Origin: an uncultured Bacilli bacterium
GTDB taxonomy: Bacteria > Bacillota_I > Bacilli_A > RF39 > UBA660
Assembly (NCBI GenBank): GCA_934120635.1
Contig: CAKOUR010000003.1
Location: forward strand, 29,203-93,202
DNA: 64,000 nucleotides
Direction of reading: 5' to 3'
Below the pieces are notes generated by a model, which did not search any database, had not been told where the DNA came from, and saw nothing but the letters and a program-made list of their open reading frames with translations. Below, piece after piece: positions 57,525-64,000 of this stretch. Position numbers and translations under genes: made by a program. The first letter of the stretch is position 1. Each line of letters begins with the position of its first letter.

Positions 57525-57800
57525 TTAGTCGAAACTAATCGTATTTCCTTCTGCTAATTTTACAATAGCTTTCTTATAACGATTTGTTTTACCAGTATAT
57601 CTTCCTACTCTTCTATCTTTTGGATGAACATTAATAGTACGAATATCAATAACACGTACATTAAAAGCATCTTCGATAGCTTGTTTAATTTGTGTTTTAT
57701 TTGCTCTAACATCTACTTTGAAAACGTATTTTCCTTCACTTTCCATAGATGCAGATTTTTCAGTGATTACAGGAGCAAATATAATATCATAATTATTCAC
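57525..57800 (-). CDS. rplW: 50S ribosomal protein L23
   Basis: 91 aa; conserved L23 sequence and operon order. Confidence 0.95.
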   Translation of the reverse strand: MNNYDIIFAPVITEKSASMESEGKYVFKVDVRANKTQIKQAIEDAFNVRVIDIRTINVHPKDRRVGRYTGKTNRYKKAIVKLAEGNTISFD

Positions 57801-58428
57801 GAGTAAGCACCTCCTCTAATTTGTTTAGAGCACTTTCTGTAATTAACATGTTGTCAGCATTTACAGTATCGAACGCATTTACTTCTTCAAATGTTACTAA
57901 TTTTACATTTGGTAAATTACGACATGCTAAGCAAACATTTTCTGTTAATTCATCTACTACTACTAGTACTTTATTATTTCTAATTTTAAGATTATCTAAT
58001 AGATTAATCATATTTTTTGTTTTATTATCTTCAAAACTTAAATTTTCAAGAATAATTAACTCTTTATCTAAGTTCTTATAAGATAATGCAGATAAAACAG
58101 CAAGTCTTCTTTCTTTTTTGTTTTGTTTCTTTTTATAGTTTTTGTTTGGAGTTGGTCCAAATACAATTCCACCGCCACGCCATTGAGTTGCACGAATGCT
58201 TCCTTGACGAGCGTTACCTGTTCCTTTTTGTTTCCATGGTTTTCTTCCACCACCACGAACTTCACTTCTAGTTTTTGTTGATGCACTAGCTTGGCGTGCA
58301 TTAGCCATATTTAAAACAATTGCATTATGTAACACTGCATCGTTTGGTTCGATTGCAAAAATGTTATCATTTAATTTAATATCCTTAACCTTTTCACCGT
58401 TAATGTTTAATAATTCTATTTTAGCCAT
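57793..58428 (-). CDS. rplD: 50S ribosomal protein L4
   Basis: MAKIELLNINGEKV...; start at ATG 58428, 7 nt after AAAGGAAG. Confidence 0.94.
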   Translation of the reverse strand: MAKIELLNINGEKVKDIKLNDNIFAIEPNDAVLHNAIVLNMANARQASASTKTRSEVRGGGRKPWKQKGTGNARQGSIRATQWRGGGIVFGPTPNKNYKKKQNKKERRLAVLSALSYKNLDKELIILENLSFEDNKTKNMINLLDNLKIRNNKVLVVVDELTENVCLACRNLPNVKLVTFEEVNAFDTVNADNMLITESALNKLEEVLTRE

Positions 58429-58515
58429 TTTCTTCTTCCTTTCTGCCATACTAATCATTTAAGAATAACTTTTCTATATTATAGTGTGTTCTTTATAAAA
58501 CAATAATACTTAAAA

Positions 58516-59247
58516 TTATTCTTCTGTTTGTGATGGTACTTCTTCAGAAGTATTTTCTTCTACTACTTCAGGAGTTTCAACTTCGTAAGTAATTAATTCT
58601 AAAGCTTCGTTTGCTTTTCCTTCGTGTTTAATAGAAGATTTTACAAATACTAGTGAATTTTTAGGTCCAGGAACGTTTCCTTTAATTAATAAGCAATTGT
58701 TATCTAAATCAACTGAAATGATTTCTAAGTTTTGAACAGTTACTTGTTCTCCACCCATTCTACCAGGCATTTTCTTTCCTGGTAATACTCTCATTGGTAA
58801 CATTGTACCTAATGATCCTACACCACGGTGATATTGGCTACCATGTCCCATAGGTCCACGAGATTGGTTCCATCTTTTAATAACACCTTGTGTTCCTTTT
58901 CCTTTTGAAGTGCCAGTTACGTCTACAACTTCTCCTACACTAAATACATCAGCCTTTAATTCTTGGCCTAAACTGTATCCGCTAACATCAACACCTCTAA
59001 GTTCTTTTAAGAAGCGCTTAGGTGTAGTATTAGCTTTCTTTAAATGACCGATTTCTGGTTTGTTACTACGACGTTCTTTTTTCTCTACACTAGCAAGTTG
59101 AATTGCTTCATATCCATCATTTTCTTTTGTTTTGATTTGACTTACGATATTTGGTTCAACTTCTACTACTGTAACAGGAACTAATTTACCGTTTGTAGCA
59201 AAAACTTGAGTCATTCCTCTTTTGATACCTAAGATTCCTTTCATCAT
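58516..59247 (-). CDS. rplC: 50S ribosomal protein L3 with acidic C-terminal tail
   Basis: [16 protein letters not shown]...; about 30 extra E/T-rich C-terminal residues. Confidence 0.95.
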   Translation of the reverse strand: MMKGILGIKRGMTQVFATNGKLVPVTVVEVEPNIVSQIKTKENDGYEAIQLASVEKKERRSNKPEIGHLKKANTTPKRFLKELRGVDVSGYSLGQELKADVFSVGEVVDVTGTSKGKGTQGVIKRWNQSRGPMGHGSQYHRGVGSLGTMLPMRVLPGKKMPGRMGGEQVTVQNLEIISVDLDNNCLLIKGNVPGPKNSLVFVKSSIKHEGKANEALELITYEVETPEVVEENTSEEVPSQTEE

Positions 59248-59261
59248 TAGTCTTTCCTTTC

Positions 59262-59570
59262 TTAATATTTGATTTGTATATCAACACCACTAGGTAAATC
59301 TAAGTGACTTAATGCACTTATTGTTTCTTTACTTGGGTTATTGATGTCAATTAATCTTTTGTGCGTACGAATCTCAAATTGTTCTCTTGAGTCTTTGTAC
59401 TTATGAACTGCTCTTAAGATTGTATACTTTTGTACCTTAGTTGGTAATGGTACTGGTCCTGATACTTCTCCACCAGTTCTTTTTACTGTTGCAACAATTT
59501 TAGCTGCTGCCTCATCAATGATTTGGTGTTCGTATGCCTTTAGCGTAATTCTAACCTTTGTACTTGACAT
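59262..59570 (-). CDS. rpsJ: 30S ribosomal protein S10
   Basis: [19 protein letters not shown]...; start at ATG 59570, 7 nt after AAAGGAGGAG (the track ORF extends into the leader). Confidence 0.95.
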   Translation of the reverse strand: MSSTKVRITLKAYEHQIIDEAAAKIVATVKRTGGEVSGPVPLPTKVQKYTILRAVHKYKDSREQFEIRTHKRLIDINNPSKETISALSHLDLPSGVDIQIKY

Positions 59571-59700
59571 ATCTAAACTCCTCCTTTCGCCTATATCTGG
59601 TATAGACATAGCTCCGAACAAATTACCTGATACCCTTATAAATGTTTAACAACTTAACCGGGTGTATCAGCAACTTTGCACATCTCTGCCATCTACACGA
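59571..59700 (-). promoter_or_regulatory. Structured 5' leader of the S10 operon (candidate ribosomal protein autoregulatory leader)
   Basis: About 130 nt, relatively GC-rich; hairpin CUGAUA(CA)CCC (59670-59660) / GGGUAUCAG (59635-59627) with a 24-nt loop; second hairpin CUAUA CCAGA UAUAG (59605-59591) just 5' of the SD. Confidence 0.35.
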
Positions 59701-59705
59701 TTGAT

Positions 59706-59734
59706 ATTGTACTATAAAAAATTAGTAATTGCAA
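59706..59734 (-). promoter_or_regulatory. Sigma-A promoter of the S10-spc-alpha cluster
   Basis: Minus strand TTGCAA (59734-59729), 17-nt spacer, TACAAT (59711-59706). Confidence 0.6.
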
Positions 59735-59950
59735 GCGTTTTTTACCTTTTTTTCAACTTTTTTGTATTAAAGTACTGATTAGAATATTAGCTAATATATT
59801 TAACTAAAATACATAAATACTTTTTTGTTTATATCTATTTAATAATTACCTATTATCTTTCATAAAGACGAATCATTTATAAAACTAAAATCTCTCTTTC
59901 GTTATATCTAACTAATCTTATCAATCTTAAAAATTTAGATTTTAATAATC

Positions 59951-59981
59951 AAAAAAAATCACACATAAAATAAAATGTGCA
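59951..59981 (-). terminator. Possible terminator after the M16 peptidase pair
   Basis: GCACAT / ATGTGT stem (5 Watson-Crick pairs plus one G-U), loop TTTATTTT, then GATTTTTTTT on the minus strand. Confidence 0.4.
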
Positions 59982-60041
59982 ATTTAATTTAGAATTCAAA
60001 GATTATTACTTTTTTTCTTTGGTTCTTGCTTTTATAGTTGA

Positions 60042-61313
60042 TTATTTCTTTAATATAACTATAGAATAGTTTTTTAAAGACAAATTACTGATTACCTTGT
60101 TCATTTCTTGAATGTTTAAGGATTTTAATAATCCAATCATGTCTTTTTCTATTTTACCATCAAATATAATATTATCTACTATCATATCATTAATAACTTC
60201 TATATTTTCAAAGCTAAATAACTCATTGCTAATTAATACTTTCTTTTTTCTATTTAAATCATCTTCAGTAATTTTAATGTTTTTTAGTGTATTTTCTATT
60301 TTTGTGATTACAGATTCATAAGATGGTGTTTCATTGATTAATGAAATTAAGGCATGGCTATCACAATTTAGTAGATTTAAATATAATGAATTTGTAATTA
60401 TGTTCTCATCTTTAGCTTCACGATCGAAATCAGATGTATCATCAAATAAAGAAGAGAATAGAATAAATAAATATAAATTGTATTTTCGAATATCCATTTC
60501 AATATCTTTTAAAGAAATTTTTATATTGTATGCTAATTTTGGAACTGGTGTATCCATTTTAATTATTTCTTTTTGTTTAACTACTTTATTTGGTTCTTGA
60601 TATTCTTTTATCTTTATTTTTTGTGGAGAATGGAATTTTTTTTCTGATTGATTTTTTTTAATTGCTTCTAATAAATCTTCTTCATCAAAATTTCCTGTTA
60701 TTACCAAAAACATGTTTTCTGGATGATAGAACGTGTTATAACATTCATACAAAATATCTTTAGTAATTTTACTGATATCATTTGTTGTCCCTATAATACT
60801 ATCTTTAAATGGATTATTATAAAAACTATTTTTTCTAATATACTCATATAAAACATCTGTTGGATTGTCATCACACATATGAATTTCTTGAGTAATAATT
60901 CCTTTTTCACTTTCAACATTTTCTTCCGTGAAATATGGTTCTTGAACATAATCTAATAGATATAATATATTTTCTTTTAAGTTATTTGGTCCAGAAAATA
61001 AATAAGTAGTATTTTTAAATGTGGTATAAGCATTACATAAAGCTCCACTTTTTGAAAAGAACTCTTCTGGTTGTAATCCTTCTTTTTGTACAAAAACTTT
61101 ATGTTCTAAAAAATGTGCTACTCCGTGAGGAACCTTTTTCATTTTAAATTCTTCTAGTGGTACAAATTCATTATAGATTGATCCAAATTTTGTTGTAAAT
61201 GTTACATAATTATTAGTTGAATCACTCTTATTGTATAAAAAGACTTCTAAACCATTTTCTAACTTTTCATAAGTAATTTCTTCTCCTATAGTATTTAACT
61301 TAATTTTTTTCAT
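60042..61313 (-). CDS. M16-family zinc peptidase (active-site HxxEH subunit, YmfH-like)
   Basis: 423 aa; GVAHFLEHKVF contains the inverted zincin HxxEH motif. Confidence 0.8.
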   Translation of the reverse strand: MKKIKLNTIGEEITYEKLENGLEVFLYNKSDSTNNYVTFTTKFGSIYNEFVPLEEFKMKKVPHGVAHFLEHKVFVQKEGLQPEEFFSKSGALCNAYTTFKNTTYLFSGPNNLKENILYLLDYVQEPYFTEENVESEKGIITQEIHMCDDNPTDVLYEYIRKNSFYNNPFKDSIIGTTNDISKITKDILYECYNTFYHPENMFLVITGNFDEEDLLEAIKKNQSEKKFHSPQKIKIKEYQEPNKVVKQKEIIKMDTPVPKLAYNIKISLKDIEMDIRKYNLYLFILFSSLFDDTSDFDREAKDENIITNSLYLNLLNCDSHALISLINETPSYESVITKIENTLKNIKITEDDLNRKKKVLISNELFSFENIEVINDMIVDNIIFDGKIEKDMIGLLKSLNIQEMNKVISNLSLKNYSIVILKK

Positions 61314-62580
61314 CAGTTTCCCCCTCTTTTTTCCCTTCTAAAAGATATAGTGTATGCATAGATATTTTTTTGGAAACTGCCATAATATCTTCTTTTGTGA
61401 CTTTTTTTATGTTTTCAATCCTTTTTTCAAAATCATCTGAATTTACTAGCATTCTTGCATAATAAGTATTAATAATACCACTGGGACTATCTGTACTTGC
61501 TTTTATAGAGGCAATTATTGTTTCTTTGGAATTATTAAAAACCTCGTCGCTAAATTTTCCTTTTGATACATCTTGCAAAGTTTTTTTGATTAACTTTAAT
61601 ACATTCTCTGAATTTCCATTTTCTATTCCAGAATATATCATCAAAATATTATCATAGGCTTTTTGATTAGAATTAATATAATAGGCATAAGAGTTTTTTT
61701 CACGTACTGTATCAAATAATAATGAATTAGAACTTCCCCCTAGCATTTCGTTATAAACTAGTAATACATATTTTCTTTCAAAATCAGTCAATTTATTCAT
61801 TGTACATAGTATAGTTAGTTGTGATTGATTGGCTTCATACTCTTCAATTAATTTTTTTATTCTTTTTCTAGGAATTAATTCATTTACTAAGATATCTTTT
61901 TTATACTTTTTAAATGTATTAATCTTAAAATTTTTTTTAAATAGTTCTTTTATTTCGTTTGTTTCTACATCTCCTACTACAAAGACATCTACAAAATCAT
62001 TGGCTAAAACTGATTGATAGTATTGATACAAGCTTTCAGATGTTATTGATTCTAAATCTTCTAAATATCCAAATGAATTATAAGAATATGGCATATCTTT
62101 TGTTGTTTCTAGTAATTTGATTAATGTATATTTTAATTTATTATCTGATAATTTTTGAATACTTTTTTCTAACTTGCTTTTACATTTTTTTAGCCCATCA
62201 TCGAGAAATTTTTCGTTTTCTATATTTGGATTAAATAATACATCCATAAGAAAAGATATTGAATATTCATTCATTGATTTTTCTGTGTATTTTTCATTTA
62301 AAAATCTGACTTTAAAAGATAAATTAGAGTCGTTTCCTATTCTCATATTAGAACTAACTAATTTTAAGTCATACAAATTTTCTGTTTCACGAATAAGTTC
62401 TTGCTCGGTTTTAAAATCTTTTGTTGTATATAATAAAATTGATTTTAGTAAATTTCTAATAGTAATTTCTTCTTTTTTTAATTTCCTTCTAAAATTTACT
62501 TCTACTGTAATTGTCTTAAATTTTGTTGTTTTTATAACATGCAAATTATAGGATCCCATATTAATTTGTTCATAGTTCAT
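61300..62580 (-). CDS. M16-family peptidase partner lacking HxxEH (YmfF-like)
   Basis: M16 fold pattern, no HxxEH; overlaps the downstream M16 gene by 14 nt; start at ATG 62580, 5 nt after GAGGTGA. Confidence 0.72.
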   Translation of the reverse strand: MNYEQINMGSYNLHVIKTTKFKTITVEVNFRRKLKKEEITIRNLLKSILLYTTKDFKTEQELIRETENLYDLKLVSSNMRIGNDSNLSFKVRFLNEKYTEKSMNEYSISFLMDVLFNPNIENEKFLDDGLKKCKSKLEKSIQKLSDNKLKYTLIKLLETTKDMPYSYNSFGYLEDLESITSESLYQYYQSVLANDFVDVFVVGDVETNEIKELFKKNFKINTFKKYKKDILVNELIPRKRIKKLIEEYEANQSQLTILCTMNKLTDFERKYVLLVYNEMLGGSSNSLLFDTVREKNSYAYYINSNQKAYDNILMIYSGIENGNSENVLKLIKKTLQDVSKGKFSDEVFNNSKETIIASIKASTDSPSGIINTYYARMLVNSDDFEKRIENIKKVTKEDIMAVSKKISMHTLYLLEGKKEGETDEKN

Positions 62581-62612
62581 GCTTTCACCTCTAATTATAT
62601 TATAACTAATAT

Positions 62613-63347
62613 TTATAATTTTAAACAAGTTTCTAATGCTAAAATAATCATATTATCTAATTTTTCTTCTCTTTCTTGACTTGTTATTATAACATCTTTT
62701 TCAAATTTTGAATCTACTATTGTTAAAAGGCAAGCAGATTTTTTATGTAACATTGAGGCAATATAAAATAAAGCAAAAGCTTCCATTTCACTTGTAACTA
62801 TAGAAATATCTTTAGGAAGTGCATCAATCAAATCATTAAATTGATTTTCCTCTAAATAAAAATCAAAAGCTTCATTACAAAGTCCATATCCTTTTTTATA
62901 AGAAATATTTTTTTCTTTTGCAGTTAATTCTATTTTATCATTTATTGTATCATCCGCTAATGATAAATGTGTATTTTTATCTCTATTTATTGCTAATGCA
63001 AAATTACTCTCTGTATAAGAACCTTCTAATAAAACAGTATCTAAAATTTTGAAATTTTTATCAAAACTTCCACTCGTTCCGATTCGTATAATCGTTTCTA
63101 CTCCGTAGAATTTATATAATTCATATGCATAAATTCCCATACTAGGCATTCCCATACCTACTGGAAAGATTGTAATTTTTTTATCTTTATATTCTCCAGT
63201 AAAAGCTGTCATTCCTCTTACTGAATTTACTATTTTTGCATTTTTTAAATACTTATTAGCAATATATTGGCACCTTTTGGGGTCTCCTGCTGTTATAACA
63301 ATTGGAGCAATTTCTCCTACTTTAGCTTCTATATGTAGTGTTGGCAC
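62613..63347 (-). CDS. deoD: Purine nucleoside phosphorylase, DeoD type
   Basis: 244 aa; TLHIEAKVGEIAPIVITAGDPKR, VRGMTAFTGEYK, GMGMPSMGIY, RIGTSGS align to DeoD. Confidence 0.85.
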   Translation of the reverse strand: MPTLHIEAKVGEIAPIVITAGDPKRCQYIANKYLKNAKIVNSVRGMTAFTGEYKDKKITIFPVGMGMPSMGIYAYELYKFYGVETIIRIGTSGSFDKNFKILDTVLLEGSYTESNFALAINRDKNTHLSLADDTINDKIELTAKEKNISYKKGYGLCNEAFDFYLEENQFNDLIDALPKDISIVTSEMEAFALFYIASMLHKKSACLLTIVDSKFEKDVIITSQEREEKLDNMIILALETCLKL

Positions 63348-63394
63348 TTTATCATTCCTCTCTTATTTATTTGTGTTATTATTTAGATTAGTTT

Positions 63395-63946
63395 TCAATT
63401 GGTTGAAGTAGATATTTTTTGAGTAATATCCATTTTATAAGTAATTAGATTATTCTTTCTAATTCGTGTTATTCCTAAAAGTTCTTGTTCTCCGTTTAAA
63501 AATTTATCAATTTGTTCATTAATATTATCGGAATTATTTAGTCTTTTTTGGCAGGACTTAATTAGTATTTTATAAATTTTGTTAAATTTTTCGATATTTT
63601 CTTCATCATTAGAAATATTAATTGTTAAATTCAAGTTGCTATATTTAAATTCATAGGTTGTTTTTGACTCGTTTATTGTATATGAAATAAATATAGAATA
63701 ATTTTTTAATATCGCAGATGCTACAATACTATCTTTTGTTAATTCTTGAACATCTGTACTATTATTAAAATTATTTACAATATCTAAAAGAGCGTTATCA
63801 ATAGCTTCTGAAGTTGAATTTTCTACTGGTTGTTCCCTTATATTTTGATTAGGACTGCCAAAAAATTTAATATAATTTAGAGCTAAAATCAATATGATCA
63901 AAAAGGTTAAACATATCCACATTATTACTGTTTTTTGTTTATTCAT
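63395..63946 (-). CDS. Hypothetical N-terminally anchored protein (183 aa)
   Basis: TM VIMWICLTFLIILILALNYI; no family recognised. Confidence 0.5.
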   Translation of the reverse strand: MNKQKTVIMWICLTFLIILILALNYIKFFGSPNQNIREQPVENSTSEAIDNALLDIVNNFNNSTDVQELTKDSIVASAILKNYSIFISYTINESKTTYEFKYSNLNLTINISNDEENIEKFNKIYKILIKSCQKRLNNSDNINEQIDKFLNGEQELLGITRIRKNNLITYKMDITQKISTSTN

Positions 63947-64000
63947 TTTTACTCCTTTTATTCTTATTTTTTGTTTTTTTATATTTCATTATTTTCTTTT

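Noticed and set aside
58068-58301. 77-aa minus-strand ORF and 61-aa plus-strand ORF (58086-58271) inside rplD
   Set aside because: These are alternative frames of a highly conserved L4 gene. No start signals are present.
1-64000. Alternative genetic code (TGA read as Trp, as in mollicutes), mobile elements, prophage or a defence island
   Set aside because: All conserved genes are full length under the standard code. No transposase, integrase, recombinase, restriction-modification, toxin-antitoxin or cas-like genes and no terminal inverted repeats were recognised. The window looks like core chromosome.

Overview
Very AT-rich chromosomal segment (by eye about a quarter to a third G+C) from a low-GC Gram-positive endospore former. 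It uses the standard genetic code, since all ribosomal proteins read through without TGA recoding. I call about 85 protein genes; all but five are on the minus strand, which suggests the window lies on one replichore. No tRNA or rRNA genes, CRISPR array, transposase, integrase or prophage genes were seen. Contents in coordinate order: tig (partial), greA and murD; a T-box-led aspS translationally coupled to a ClpX-like ATPase; proS; a LysM/amidase-like wall protein; uvsE; a spoVID-ysxE coat pair; a radical SAM gene divergent from zupT; a spoIIAA-like/sigF/xre/spoVAC-AD-AE sporulation block; holA and mutL; an NfeD-SPFH pair; pyrH; ferredoxin; yidD; an M29 aminopeptidase; two type IV pseudopilins divergent from a GspE/ComGA-type ATPase; the nrdD-nrdG anaerobic RNR operon; a gerM/gerE/spoIIIAH/cotE group; a pilin-like gene plus a WG-repeat gene; the complete S10-spc-alpha ribosomal protein cluster (rpsJ to rplQ with secY, adk, infA, rpoA); an M16 peptidase pair; and deoD. 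Bacillus-type coat genes (cotE, spoVID), an extended S5 and the absence of L30 suggest a spore-forming Erysipelotrichia-like or Bacilli-like lineage, but that is inference only. I see no clear novel multi-gene system or accessory island; the window is mostly housekeeping and sporulation genes. The most interesting observations are these: (1) nrdD is cut by a single in-frame TAA, so its glycyl-radical domain is a separate 58-codon ORF with its own SD. (2) The spoIIA-like locus lacks spoIIAB and carries an inserted, apparently autoregulated xre unit. (3) A ClpX paralogue has a non-canonical N-domain. (4) Two apparent pseudo-enzymes are present, an Amidase_3-LysM protein and a helicase IV-like protein. 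(5) A conserved roughly 22-nt palindromic motif recurs at the borders of the ribosomal protein transcription units. (6) Type IV filament genes are dispersed and incomplete.
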